A stretch of DNA of 64,000 nucleotides from an uncultured Chloroflexia bacterium (lineage in GTDB: Bacteria > Chloroflexota > Limnocylindria > QHBO01), in NCBI GenBank assembly GCA_963789435.1, contig CAWBKO010000001.1, forward strand, positions 174,417 to 238,416. Direction: 5' to 3'. Shown in pieces: positions 1-12,366 of the stretch. The number at the start of each line of letters is the position of its first letter. Positions within the stretch are counted from its first letter, which is position 1. The notes under the pieces were generated by a model. It ran no database searches. It had not been told where the DNA came from and saw only the letters and a program-made list of their open reading frames with translations. A program made the translations under genes and the position numbers.

Positions 1-60
1 CGGCGTCGAGGTCGCCCGCTCGTCCACGAAGGCGCCGGACCGGCACCGAGGGCTGACGCG

Positions 61-955
61 GTGCGCCTCGGGCTTCAGCTCCCGTCGTTCACCTACCCCG
101 GTGGCACGCCGCGGCTGCGCTCCGAGCTCCGCGAGATCGCCCAGGCGGCGGAGGCCGCCGGATTCGACTCGCTGTGGGTGATGGACCACCTCTTTCAGCT
201 TCCCGCCGATACCGGTTGGGGCGGGCCGGACGAGCCGATGCTCGAGGCCTACGCAACCCTCGGCTTCCTGTCCGGCGTCACCAACCGCCTGCGCCTCGGG
301 GCATTGGTCGGATGCGCGCTGTTCCGCGAGCCCGGCCTGCTGGTGAAGACGGCGACCACCGTCGACGTCCTGTCGGGCGGGCAGGCTCACCTTCGGCATC
401 GGCGCCGGCTGGTACGAGCGCGAAGCCCGTGGGCTGGGCATCGCCTGGCCCGACCGTCGAGAGCGCTTCGCGCGCCTCGAGGAGACCCTTCGGATCGCCC
501 ATCAGCTGTGGGCGGACGATCGAGCCTCCTTTGCCGGCCGCTTCGCCACCCTCGCCGAACCGATCATCCGGCCCCAACCGGTCTCGCGGCCCCATCCCCC
601 GATCATGATCGGCGGCAATGGCGAGCGCCGCACCCTTCGCCTGGTCGCCCGTTACGGCGACGCCTGCAACTTCCTGGTGCTGGAGCCGGACGAGATCCGC
701 GCCAAGCTGGCGGTCCTGCGGGCCCACTGCGAGGACCTCGGGCGAGACGTGCGCGAGATCGAGATCACCGCGCTCGACGAGGTCGACCTGCGGCCGGGCC
801 GGATGACGGCCGCCGACGTCGTCGCACGAGCGCGCGCCCAGGCAGCAGCCGGCGTCGAGCACCTCATCGTCAACATGCCGGAGGTCTGGGACGTCCGGCA
901 CCTGGAGCTCATCGGCCGCGAGGTCGTCCCAGCGCTTCAGGAGCTCGCCGCTTAG
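61..955 (+). CDS. LLM-class F420-dependent (luciferase-like) flavin oxidoreductase. A +1 frameshift at ~379-383 (extra G in a GGGCGGG run) splits it into ORF-track pieces 61..1299 and 605..955
   Basis: N-terminal MRLGLQLPSF...SLWVMDHLFQ and, in the shifted frame, GRLTFGIGAGWYE...PIMIGGNGERRTLRLVARYGDACNF are typical of the LLM family. No stop lies between 383 and 605 in frame 2. Confidence 0.8.
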
Positions 956-1711
956 ACGACCTGGGCTTCGAGCTGCTCCATCAGGTCGGCGGGGATGTCG
1001 AAGTTGGCGTACACGTTCTGGACGTCGTCGAGATCCTCGAGCCGCTCCATGAACAGCAGCACCTGCTTGGCGGTCTTCTCGTCGCCGATCTCGACCTTGG
1101 TGGTCGGCTCCATCGACAGCTCGGCCGAATCGGCCTCGAAGCCGCCCTCGGCGAGGCTGCGCCGCACCGACTCGAGGTCGGCCGGCTCGGTGGTCACGAT
1201 GATCGCGCCGGCATCCGGTGCGCCGACGTCGGAGGCACCGGCATCGATCGCCGCCAGGGTCACCTCGTCGGGGTCCTTCCCGTTCAGCGGGCAGGCTGAT
1301 GATCCCCTTCTGCTCGAACTGCCAGCCGACGGTCGAGAGCGAACCGCCGGCCTTGCTGAAGACGCTGCGGATCTCCGACGCCGTCCGGTTCCGGTTGTCG
1401 GTCATGGCAGCCACGATCACCGCGACGTTGGCCGGCCCGAGGCCCTCGTAGGTGACCTCCTCGTACTGCTCGGCATCGGCTCCGCTGCCGCTCGCGCGCT
1501 CGATGGCGCGCTTGATGTTCTCAGCCGGCATCGAGTTGGCCTTGGCCTTGTCGACGGCCATGCGGAGCCGGTAGTTCGCGTCCTGGTCTCCCCCACCCTG
1601 GCGCGCTGCGGTGATGATCTCGCGGGCAAGCTTCGTGAAGAGCGCGCCGCGTTTCGCGTCGTTCGCGCCCTTCTGCCGCTTGATCTGTGACCACTTGCTG
1701 TGGCCGGACAT
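952..1711 (-). CDS. yebC: YebC/PmpR family DNA-binding regulator with a frameshift near 1285-1300. ATG at 1711 is preceded by GGAGG
   Basis: MSGHSKWSQIKRQKGANDAKRGALFTKLAREI... N-terminus and DPDEVTLAAIDAGASDV...ANFDIPADLMEQLEAQVV C-terminus lie in different frames. RBS CAGGAGGATCC precedes the ATG. Confidence 0.85.
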
Positions 1712-1782
1712 GGATCCTCCTGCCCGCGGGCACGCGCGGGCAATTGTCGTGCTGAATGCGAGCGCGAATTCTACCAAACGGG

Positions 1783-2773
1783 TCAGCCCGCCCTGCGAAT
1801 GCGCTCCCCCAGCGGCGCCAGCAGCACGCGGTCCACGCTCCAGCGGCCGGCGCCGAGCACCACCAGCACCGAACACAGGCCGAACAGGCAGACGTGGGCG
1901 ATCACCGGGTCGTCCGGCAGCGCAAAGAGCGCTTGCGTCAGCGCGGCGAAGCCGACGATGGCCGCGAAGCGTGTCAGCACGCCCAGCACGATGGCCACGC
2001 CAAGGGCCGTCTCCACGATCGCGGCTCCCACGACCCAGAGCTCCGGCGACACCGGCACAAGCGACGTCAGCTGGTACTGATCGACCGCCGCGAGCGCCTG
2101 GTCGTAGATGAGCAGCTTGTCGACGATGCCCGATGCAATGAAGGCGCCGCCCAGGCCGAGCCGCACCAGCAGCGGCACGAGGTCGTCATAGCGGTCCGGG
2201 GCCAGGTTCTCAGTCGCCGCGCGCGCCCCGGGCCCGCGCGGGAACGCGGCGCGCAGCAGGTCGTCGAGCGACGGACGGCCCGGACCCAGGATGGCGATCA
2301 CAGCGAGCGCACCGCCCACGTCGAGCATCATCACCAGCTCGGGATGGTCGAACAGGGTGACCACGTATGCCCCGAGGGCGAGCAGCGCGGCCGGCCGGAC
2401 CGCCAGGCCGAGCAGGATGAGGAACCCGGTCCCCGTCAGCAGGAGCCCGAACAGGCTGCCCGACTCGAGCGTCGGCATGAAGCGCACGCGAGAGAGACCC
2501 GCGCCGATGACGACGAGGCCCACCGACAGTCGCACCATCCACGGCAGGTACTCGACGTAGCCGCCGGCGCGTTCGATGAACCTGACGCGTGCCGCCTCGA
2601 GCGGCCGCCATCGCGCCCAGGCCAACGACGGCCAGGAGCGCGGCACCGAGGCCGATCGCGAGCAGCAGCGCCGAGCCCGGCTGCGCAAGCGCATCGAGCA
2701 GGAAGCCGATCGGGTCCGGCGACGGTTCGGGGTCGGTGACGTAGTCGACGTGGGCGACCAGGCGGTCGAACAT
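1783..2773 (-). CDS. DoxX-family integral membrane protein with an internal frameshift (~2560-2620)
   Basis: LGLGGAFIASGIVDKLLIYD... DoxX-like hydrophobic repeats. The N-terminal part MFDRLVAHVDYVTDPEP... from ATG 2773 is in the other frame. Confidence 0.55.
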
Positions 2774-2892
2774 CGGGTCCCTACCCTTGCAAGGCGCGCT
2801 CCTATAATGGCGCTCCCACAAACGCCACCGACCGCCCGAGGCGGCTCCATCGGCCTCGGCGACTCCGGCACGAGCATGCGCAAGGAGCACCG

Positions 2893-4972
2893 ATGAAGCC
2901 GACCACCCCCGACAAGATCCGGAACGTCGCTCTCATCTCCCACGGTGGCGCCGGCAAGACGAGCCTCGCTGAGGCGATGCTCTTCGACGCCGGCGCGATC
3001 TCACGCCTCGGGACCGTCGAGGCGGGCACCACCGCCCTGGACTGGGATCCCGACGAGCAGAAGCGCAACCAGAGCATCAACCTCGCCATCGGCTCGATCG
3101 AGCACGATGGGGTGCGCATCACGATCGTCGACACTCCCGGCTACGCCGACTTCCAGGCCGATGTCGTGGAGGCGCTGGCCGCCGTCGACGCCGCGATCGT
3201 GGTCATCGACGCCTCCGCCGGGGTCGAGGTCGGCACCGAGGAGGTCTGGAGGCTCGCCGACGCCCGCGGCCTCCCGCGAATGATCTTCGTCAACAAGATG
3301 GACCGCGAGAACGCGAACTACGACGCCACGCTCGATCAGCTCAAGGCGCGATTCGGTCCGAAGATCGCCCCCGTCTACCTGCCCGATCGGCTCCGCGGAG
3401 ACGTTCCGCGGCTACGTGGACGTGATCGAGGAGCACGCCAACGTCTACGAGAACGGCACGCCGAAGGAGGTACCCATCCCGGAGGAGCTCGAGGGGATCG
3501 AGCACTCGCGCCGCGACGCACTGGTCGAGGCCGCGGCCGAGGCGTCCGACGAGCTGATGGAGAAGTACCTCGAGGGCCAGGCGTTCACCGATGCCGAGAT
3601 CGAGGCCGCCCTCCACAAGGGCACGCGCGAGGGCAGCGTGGTGCCGGTCTTCGTCGGATCCGCGACGCAGAACATCGGCGTCCGCGAGCTGATCAGCATG
3701 ATCGCCAAGCACATCCCATCCCCCGCCGAGGTGGGCACCCGCACCACCGCCGACGGGAAGGAGATCTCGCCCGATCCGAACGGACCCTTCATCGCCCAGG
3801 TCTTCAAGGCCACCGCCGACCCGTTCGTCGGACGGCTGACCTACTTCCGGGTCGTCTCCGGCACGCTCAACGGGCAGGGTCACGTCTACAACGCCTCGCG
3901 CAAGGAGGAGGAGCGCATCGGCAACCTCCTCTCGGTCCAGGGCAAGGACACCGATACCCTGGCGAAGGTCGGCCCCGGCGACATCGCCGCCGTGGCAAAG
4001 CTGACCTCGACCGCTGCCGGCGACACGCTCGTCGCCGACCGGTCGGGCGCTGTCCAGCTCGCGCCGCTCGCCTTCCCGGCGCCGTCGCTGCAGGTCGCCA
4101 TCGAGCCGGAGTCGAAGGCCGATCTCGACAAGCTCGGCCAGGCGCTCCATCGGCTCGCCGAGGAGGACCCGTGCGTGCTGATCCGCCGGGAGGAAGGCAC
4201 CGGCGAGACGATCCTGACGGCCATGGGCGACGCGCACGTGGACGTCATCGTGGATCGCCTGAAGCGCAAGTTCGGCGCGGCGGTCCGAACCGAGACTCCT
4301 CGCGTCCCGTATCGCGAGACGATCCGGCAGGCGGCGCGGATCGACAACAAGTACAAGCGACAGACCGGCGGCCATGGCCAGTACGGCCACGTGGTGATCG
4401 AGTTCGAGCCGGCCGAGATGGGCACCGGGTTCCAGTTCGGCAACAAGATCGTCGGCGGCGTGGTGCCGAAGCAGTACATCCCCGCCGTCGAGAAGGGGCT
4501 GCGCGAGGCGATGGCCGAGGGTGTGCTGGCCGGCTACCCGGTCGTCGACCTGCAGGCAACGCTGGTCGACGGCTCGTACCACACGGTCGACAGCTCCGAG
4601 ATGGCGTTCAAGGTCGCGGCCAGCCAGGCGCTGAAGAAGGCCTTCGACAGCGCGTCACCGGCGCTGCTGGAGCCGATCCTCGAGGTCGACGTGGTCGTTC
4701 CCGACGAGTTCATGGGCGACGTGATGGGCCAGATCACCTCGAAGCGCGGCCACGTGCTGGGAATGGACTCGGCCGAGGGCCTGCAGCATCTCAAGGCGCA
4801 GGTCCCGCAGGCCGAGATGTTCCATTACGCCACCGAGCTGCGCTCGATCACCCAGGGCCGCGGCCGCTTCAGCTGGAAGGTCGACCACTATGCCGAGGTC
4901 CCGCACAACATCGCCGACAAGGTGGTCGCGGATGCCTCGAGCAACGGCCACGGAGCGGAGCGCGGCCACTGA
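2893..4972 (+). CDS. Elongation factor G paralog (EF-G-like GTPase). One-base insertion frameshift at ~3395
   Basis: AAGGAG RBS 6 nt before ATG. G-domain ISHGGAGKTSLAEAML, DTPGYADF and NKMDR motifs, then EF-G domains II-V (GETILTAMGDAHVDV, KRQTGGHGQYGHV...). The expected LPIGSAETFRGYVDVIE junction is restored by removing one g. Confidence 0.85.
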
Positions 4973-4979
4973 GCGCGGG

Positions 4980-5228
4980 TCAGCCCTCGCGGTACGCCCA
5001 GGGCTCGCCGGTGGAGCGCTTGCGGGCGAGCGATCGGCGGTGGACGATCCCCTCGGCGACGTAGGTGGCGACCGCCACCAGCGCGGCCACCAACGTCACC
5101 AGCCATGGCGCGATCGACCACGGATCGGACGAGCCTGCCAGCACGGTGGCGATCCAGATCAGGAGCGCGGTGAGCCCGGCGGCGGTGAATCCGCTGGCAA
5201 CGGCGCCGGTCAGGAAGGCGAGACCCAT
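4980..5228 (-). CDS. Small two-TM membrane protein. Its ATG overlaps the tyrS stop (TGATG)
   Basis: [32 protein letters not shown]...WLVTLVAALVAVATYV hydrophobic helices. High GC3. Confidence 0.4.
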   Translation of the reverse strand: MGLAFLTGAVASGFTAAGLTALLIWIATVLAGSSDPWSIAPWLVTLVAALVAVATYVAEGIVHRRSLARKRSTGEPWAYREG

Positions 5229-6509
5229 CAGTCGGTGACCTCCGCGACGGCGAGATGGCGCTTCCCGCGCCGCAGCAGCAGCCACCGTCCGGCCAGCAGG
5301 TCCGATCGGTCCGGCACCGCGGCGGGATCGGCGACGCGCACGTTGTTGACGTAGGCACCACCCTCGCCGAGGACGCGCCGCGCCTGCCCGCGGCTCTCGG
5401 AGAGCCCGGACTCAACGAACAGGTCGAGCACCGGCGGCAGCCCGTTCGACGCCGCGAGGGACGCCCGCGGCAGATCGGCGAAGGCCGCCTCCAGCGTGGC
5501 CGCGTCGAGGCTGCGCAGGTCACCGCCGCCGAAGAGCGCCTCCGATGCGGAGATGGCGGCGCGCGTCGCATCGGCCCCGTGGACGAGCTCGGTGACCTCC
5601 GCCGCCAGGGCTCGCTGCGCGGCCCGCGACTCCGGATGGGCGACGACCTCCGACTCGAGCGACTCGATCTCGTCGTGCGAGCGGAAGCTGAAGACGCGCA
5701 GGTACGTCCCGACGACGCTGTCGTCGACGTTGAGGAACCACTGGTAGAACGCGAACGGCGAGGTCAGCTCGGGGTCGAGCCACAGCGTCGAGCCCTCGCT
5801 CTTGCCGAACTTCTCGCCGTCGGGCCGCGTGATGAGCGGCGTTGCGAGCGCGTGGGCGGTGGCGCCCTCGACGCGCCGGATCAGGTCCGACGCCGGCGGT
5901 GAGGTTTCCCCACTGGTCACTGCCGCCGAGCTGCAGGGTGCAGCCGTGGCGCCGATACAGCTCGAGGAAGTCGACCGCCTGCATGACCTGGTAGCTGAAC
6001 TCCGTGTAGCTGATGCCGCCGGCCTCGAGGCGCGCGCTGACGGACTCCTTTGCCAGCATGCGGCTGACGCTGAAGTGCTTCCCGATGTCGCGGAGCCAGT
6101 CGATTGCCGACATCTTCGCGGTCCAGTCGAGGTTGTTGACGATCACGGCCGCGTTGGGCCCGTCGAAGTCGAGGTAGCGCTCGACCTGGGACCTGATCCG
6201 CTCGACCCAGCCGGCGATCACCTCGGGGTCGTTCAGGGTGCGCTCGGTGGTGCGACCGCTCGGGTCGCCGACGAGGCCTGTCGCGCCGCCGACGAGGCCG
6301 ATCGGCGTATGCCCCGCCAGCTGGAGCCGGCGCATGGTCACCAGCAGCACCAGGTTGCCGAAATGGAGGCTCGGCGCGGTCGGGTCGAAACCGCCGTAGT
6401 AGGTCACGGGGCCGGCCGCCATCGCGGCACGCAGCGCGTCGAGATCGGTGCTGTGGGCGATCATGCCGCGCCATTCGAGGTCGTCGAGGACGCGCGTTCT
6501 CTCTTGCAT
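5228..6509 (-). CDS. tyrS: Tyrosine--tRNA ligase. Single-base frameshift at ~5905 (GTCGGAC for expected GTCGAC)
   Basis: HFGNLVLLV (HIGH-like), [22 protein letters not shown] (KMSKS-like) and a C-terminal S4-like domain. N- and C-terminal parts are in two frames. Confidence 0.9.
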
Positions 6510-6577
6510 CGGGACCCGAGTATACGAACCTGTGCTCGGCGGCGAGCCTGCGGCCGGCGCTCGCCGCGCGGGCGTCC

Positions 6578-9359
6578 GTGCTACCCTGCCGCCCGATGAC
6601 CCGACGTCCACCGTCGCCCAACGGGCGACCCGCGACGCGTCGTGGCACCCGGGGCACCAATCCGCGCCGCCGGCCCGGCTCCACCGCGCTCCCCCGAATC
6701 ATCCTGGCGGTGTTCGGCCTGCTGGCGGTCGGCCTCTTCGCGCTCATCCTGAACGTCTATGGCTCGTTCACGAGCGGGCTGCCGGACGTGGCCGGGATCG
6801 AGAACTTCGACCTCGTGGAGGGCTCGACCGTCCTGTCGAGCGACGGAACCGAGCTCGCCAGGTTCGCCATCGAGGACCGCCAGGAGATCAGCTTCGACGA
6901 GATGCCGGAGGTCATGATCGAGGCGCAGGTCGCCGCCGAGGACCAGACCTTCTGGACCAATCCGTGCGTGGACCTCCGCAGCATCGTGCGGGCCGTGCTC
7001 CAGAACTTCCAGGCCGGCGAGACCGTCTCCGGCGCCTCGACCATCTGCCAACAGCTGGTCCGGATGCGCCTCTTCGGCGCCGAGCTCATGGCCGATGCCG
7101 ACCGCCAGGTCGAGCGCAAGATCAAGGAGGCGATCCTGGCGCTGCGCCTCGACGACCGCTACCCGGGCACGGAGGGCAAGCAGCGCATCATCGAGATGTA
7201 CCTCAACCAGGTCTATTACGGCAACAACGCCTACGGCATCTGGGCGGCCGCCAGGGCGTACTTCGAGAAGGACCTGCAGTCCGACGACCCGGCGCAGCAG
7301 CTGACGACCAGCGAGGCCGCCTTCCTGGCCGGGCTGGTGCGCGCGCCGTCGCGCCTTGACCCGACGCCGGAGGCCGTGGCCGCAGGAGATCGACGGGCAG
7401 GAGCGCCTCGTCGTGCCCCCGACCGCGCAGGCGATCACGGTCCGCAACATCGTCCTGGACCAGATGCTGGACTCGGACTTCATCACCCAGGCCGAGCACG
7501 ACGCCGCGGTGGCCGAGCAGGTCGTGCTGGCGCCCCCGGAAGACAGGGCCTACCGCGCCCCGCACTTCGTCTACGCCGTGCGTCGGGAGGCGGCCGAGCT
7601 GCTGGATGGCGAGGAGCTGCTCGACACGGGCGGGCTGCGGATCATCACCACCCTCGACTACGAGGGCTACCAGACCCCCGCCGAGAAGTGGGCGCAGGTC
7701 GCCTACGACATGGATCGCATGAGCAACGAGGAGCTCGTCGCCAAGTACGGGGAGGCGGCGCTGGCCTGGATCGCCCAGCTGCAGGGTCGCAACATCAACA
7801 ACGACGCCATCGTGACCGTCAACTATCGGACCGGGGCCGTGCTCGCCTACGTCGGCAGCGCCAGCTTCTTCGGCGAGTCGACGCCCGAGCACCAGGCGAA
7901 CTTCGACGTGCTCGGCCAGGCGTACCGACAGTCGGGCTCGGCGTTCAAGCCGATCACCTACGCCGCCGGATTCGAGGCGGGCACCATCACGCCGTCGAGC
8001 ATGTTCATGGACGTCGAGGGCGAGATCGTGGACGGATACAGCGTCCCGGACGCCGACGGGCGCGAGCGCGGTCCCGTGCGGGTGCGCGACGCCCTGAAGT
8101 ACTCGCTCAACATCCCGGTCACGAAGGCACAGCAGCTGATCGGCACCGACGCGGTCGTCAACCTCGGCGAGCGCCTCGGCCTCGATTGGGATCCCCGGCA
8201 GGAGGACGCGGTCGCCGTGCCGTCCCTGACCCTGGGGACCATCGGCGTGCACTTCAAGGACCTGGTCGGCGCCTACGGTGGGATCGCCAACGGCGGCCGG
8301 TTCAACCCGCCCTACCTGATCGAGCGCATCGAGGACTCGCGCGGGAACGTGATCTATGACCACGCCACCGATACCGAGGATCCCGAGCAGGTCCTCTCGG
8401 CCGCATCGGCCTACCTCGTCACCGACATCCTCGCCGACAACACCGATCCGGCCACGAATCCGCTGTGGGGCCCTCGCTTCCAGCTCCAGACCGATGCCGG
8501 CCGGCGGCCGGCAACGCTGAAGACCGGCACCACCAATGACTTCAAGGACCTCCAGGCGGTCGGATTCCTGGCACCCGATCCGGATCCGGAGGTCAGCGAC
8601 GGCGCCATCGTGACCGGCGTCTGGGTCGGCAACAGCGACTTCTCGGCAATCGAGGACGTGTTCGCGGCCGATGGGCCGACGTTCATCTGGCACGACTACA
8701 TGGCCGAGGTGGCTGCCCTGAACGAGCTGCCGGTCCACGACTTCGAGCGCCCCGAGGGCATCGTCGAGGTCACCGTCGATGCCATCAGCGGCATGCTGCC
8801 GGGCGAGTTCAGCGACACGACGGTCACCGAGGTCTTCCGCGCCGATCGCCAGCCGACGGAGCAGGACACGCTGCATCGCGAGCTGCGCATCGAGGCGGTG
8901 ACCGGCAAGATCTGGCAGGAGGGCTGCGGCGACTTCGCAACGGTCGCCCCATCCTCGTCGCCGGATCCATCCGCCGAGCCGAGCCCGCCGGAGGCCGAGG
9001 AGAAGGTCTTCCTCGACCTCGCCGGGTGGGAGGAGGAGCGCCCGACCTGGGAGGAGGCCAACCTCGCCTGGATCGAGGAGTGGACCGAACGCGAGGACGA
9101 GCTGAACTCGGGCGTTCGGTCGCCGTACCCCGGGCCGCTCGACGCTCCGCTCGCCCCGCCGGAGGAGTGCACACCGGGCGAGATCCCCACCTCCTCGCCG
9201 TCGCCATCGCCGACACCGACGCCATCGCCGACGCCGGTGCCAACCCCGACGCCGGTCCCGACCCTGCCGCCGACGCCGGTCCCGACCGTGCCGCCGACGC
9301 CGACCCCGATCATGCCGACGCCGACGCCCGTCCCGACGCCCACGGCCGGCGCTCCCTAG
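6578..9359 (+). CDS. Class A penicillin-binding protein (glycosyltransferase plus transpeptidase) with a Pro/Thr-rich C-terminal tail. Frameshift at ~7345
   Basis: N-terminal TM, GT51 motifs ([27 protein letters not shown]), transpeptidase SGSAFKP and KTGTTND, tail [15 protein letters not shown]. Confidence 0.85.
9170..9350 (+). repeat. Low-complexity CCG/ACG-rich repeat DNA encoding the PT-rich linker of the PBP
   Basis: Iterated ccgacgcc(g/c) units giving [38 protein letters not shown]. Confidence 0.6.
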
Positions 9360-11787
9360 AGCTCGGCCACCGTGGCGCCCTCGCCGCCCTCGTCACGGCG
9401 GCCACCGCGCACGGCGCGGACGCGCGGGTGCTCGGCCAGCGCCTCGCGCACGGCGCGGCGCAGCGCGCCGGTCCCGATGCCGTGCACGATGACGACGCTG
9501 TCGAGCCCGGCGAGCAGCGCGTCGTCCAGGTAGGCGTGCAGCCGCTCGAGCGCCGCCTCGACCCGCTCGCCGTGGAGGTCCAGCGTCGGCGACACGCGTT
9601 CGGCGGCGCGGCGGCGCATCTCCTCCGCCTCCAGGTCGCGCGGCGCCGGCCCGGTGATCGGCTCGGGCACCACGTCGAGGTCGTCCGCGGGGATCACGAG
9701 CCTGGCGTCGTCGGTCTCGAGCGTGACCCGGCCCGTCCGGCCGCTGATCTCCAGGATGCGTCCGGTGCTGCCCAGTGTTCGAGAACGCGCCCAGAGGCCG
9801 ACGCGTGGCTGGGGAGCGTCCGGCCCCTCTTCCTCCTGCTCCTCGGCTCCGGCACGGAAACGCCGGGGGCCGCTGCCGTCTCGCTGCGCACCCGGCGCGC
9901 CTTGTTGGCGAGGTCCTCGAACGCCTCCGCTCCGCGCGGCGCACGGCTGCCCCGCAGGTTCCGCTGCCGGGTGAGCTCGCGGCGCACGTCGACCACCTCG
10001 CGCTCGGCGCGGGCAAGCATGTCGTCGGCCGCACGCCGGGCATCCGCGAGGAGCGTGCCGGCCTCCTGCCGCGCACGCGCGACCCCGGTGCGAGCGCGCT
10101 CGCGTTCATCGGCCGCCGAGCTCCGCTCCGCCAGTGCGGCGTCGAGGGCTGCCTGCTGCGCCTCCTGTGCTCGAGAGATCGCGGCCAGCGTCTCCTCCAT
10201 GCTGGCGTGCTCCTTCGAGATCCGCTCGCGCGCATCGGCCAGGATCTCGCTGGGCAGGCCGAGCCGCTCCGCGATGGCGAATGCCTGGCTCTTCCCCGGC
10301 AGGCCGATCGAGAGCCGGTAGGTCGGCCGCAGCGTGGCGACGTCGAACTCGACCGCGGCGTTCGTGACCGACGGATGTTCGGTCGCGAACGTCTTCAGCT
10401 CGGCGTAGTGGGTCGTCGCGGCGACCATGGAGCCAGCGTCGAGCAGCCGCGTGACGACCGCCATGGCCAGGGCCGAGCCCTCCGTCGGATCGGTGCCCGC
10501 TCCCACCTCGTCGAGCAGGACCAGCGTCGCCGGCCCCGCGGCCTCCACGAATCGGACCACGTTGCGCAGGTGGCTCGAGAACGTGGACAGCGATTGGGCA
10601 ATGCTCTGCTCGTCGCCGATGTCGGCCATCACGCGTCGGAAGACGGGCAGCCGGGCTCCCTCCGCGGCCGGCACCCGCAACCCCGCCTGGTTCATGAGCG
10701 CCAGCAGCCCGAGCGTCTTCAGCGAGACCGTCTTGCCGCCGGTGTTCGGACCCGTGACGACCAGGGCCCGATACCCGAAGCGATCGCCGAGGCGCAGGTC
10801 GATCGGAACCGCCGCTGCGCCGAGCAGCGGATGGCGCGCCGAGAGGAGCTCGGCCGCGTCCTCCGCCGGCGTCGGGCGCACGGCGTCCATCCGCGATCCG
10901 AGCCGCGCGCGCGCCATCCAGAGGTCGGCGCGTGCCAGCGCCGCCAGGCTGTCGCGCAGCGCGTCGCTGCGAGCCTCGACTGCCGCGGACAGCTCGTCGA
11001 GGATCCGCTCCTCCTCGCGCGCCGCGGCGAGCGACGCCTCCGTCCACGCGTTGTTCAGCTCGACGACGGTCAGAGGCTCGATGAAGAGCGTCGCGCCCGA
11101 GGCGCTCTGGTCGTGGACGATCCCCTTGACCTTGCCCTTGGCCTCGGCCCTGATCGGGATCACGTAGCGGCCGGAGCGGACAGTCACGATCGGCTCACCG
11201 ATCACCCCCGCCAGCTGGGTGGAGCGCAGCATCGTGTTCAGCCGTTCGCGCACCCGATCCTGCGAGGTCCGCAGCCGCCGCCGAATGGTGGCCAGCTCGG
11301 ACGAGGCGGAGTCCAGGATCTCGCCGCTCTCATCGACGCTGCGGACGATTCGCGCCGCGAGCTCGGGCGCGGCATCAAGGTCCTCGCGCAGGCCGGCAAG
11401 GTGAGGCTCCGTCCAGCTCCGGAGGCGCTCCTCGAATCGCGCGGTGGCCTCCAGCGTGTCGGCGACCTCGAGCAGCTCCGCCGGCGTCAGCCGCCCGCCA
11501 CGCGCGGCCCGGTCGAGCGAGCCGCGGATGTCACGCGCGCCGCCGATCGATGCCTGTGCCTGGTCGTCGAGCAGCCGCCCGGCCTCATCGGTCTGGTCCT
11601 GGAGCAGGCCGACGTGCTCGGCGTCGGGACTCGGCACGGACGCCAGCGCCAGCTCCCGTGCCGGCTCGAAGCTGGTCAGCTCGGCCAGCTGCTGGACGAT
11701 TGCCCCGAACTCGAGCGCGCGCAGGGTGCCCTCGTCGGCCGCGACCGACGGGCGCTCAGCGGCGGGAGACGTGCGGGTCATCGGCAA
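9356..11787 (-). CDS. mutS2: Endonuclease MutS2 (MutS ATPase core plus C-terminal Smr domain). Frameshift ~9700-9780
   Basis: Walker A VVTGPNTGGKTVSLKTLGL, LLDEVGAGTDP, and Smr domain LDLHGERVEAALERL...VVIVHGIGTGALRRAVRE in a separate frame. Confidence 0.85.
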
Positions 11788-12366
11788 TCCAGAAGCGCAT
11801 CGGGCGTTCGGCCCAGGGACCGGCGTAACCGACTCCGATCCGCGGTCCGCTGCGGATCCGCGGGATCGGTCCGGAGCGGGGCTCGATGATCACCGGGCCG
11901 GAAAGGAGATCGGCGCCGTTCAGTGCGCGATCGATCCCGAGCGCCCGGCCGACGTTGCCCGGACCGGCCGCCAGCCGGGAATCGAGCGGGCGCGGCCCCC
12001 GCAGCCCGCGCGCCAGCCCGATCCCCTCGTCGATCTCGAGCGCGCGGATCAGCACCGCCTCCGGCTTGTGACCGGGCCCGGTGACCACGTTCATGCAGTG
12101 GTGAAGGCCGTAGATCAGGTAGACGTAGAGATGTCCCGGTAGGCCGAACATGACCGCATTGCGCGGCGTCCGTCCACGGGAGGAGTGCGCCGCGAGGTCC
12201 TCCGGCCCGGCGTAGGCCTCGACCTCCACGATGCGGCCGCCGATGCGTGCCGTCGGTCGTGGCGTGGACGAGGCGAGCCCCGAGCAGGTCGCGCGCGACC
12301 GCGACCGAAGGCCGGTCGAACCACAGCCGCGCGGGGGCCGCGGACTCGGCCGGCGCCGAGATCACG
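11756..12366 (-). CDS. mpg: DNA-3-methyladenine glycosylase (Mpg/AAG family), frameshifted. Probable GTG start overlapping the cvpA stop (GTGA)
   Basis: PARLWFDRPSVAVARDLLGARLVH in the N-terminal frame. EVEAYAGPEDLAAHSSRGRTPRNAVMFGLPGHLYVYLIYGLHHCMNVV in the C-terminal frame. Confidence 0.7.

Noticed and set aside
3341-4582. Long antisense ORFs overlapping known genes. Examples: 3341..4582 (-) opposite the EF-G paralog; 7203..8876 (-) opposite the PBP; 9775..11889 (+) opposite mutS2; 18800..20089 (+) opposite thrS; 21545..23140 (-) across paaABC; 48489..49700 (+) opposite GH2
   Set aside because: High-GC DNA has few stop codons in antisense frames. These ORFs have Arg/Ala/Gly/Pro-rich low-complexity translations with no family resemblance. 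The opposite strand carries strongly supported conserved genes
2893-4972. Calling the EF-G-like gene the canonical fusA
   Set aside because: The G1 motif is SHGGAGKTS rather than AHIDAGKTT. The gene is not in the rpsL-rpsG-fusA-tuf context but sits between a DoxX gene and tyrS. It is more likely an EF-G paralog (EF-G2 type)
9170-9350. Possible CRISPR or tandem-repeat array in the ccgacgcc iterations
   Set aside because: The units are irregular 6-9 nt codon-level repeats encoding a Pro/Thr linker inside the PBP reading frame. There are no spacers, and no cas genes anywhere in the window
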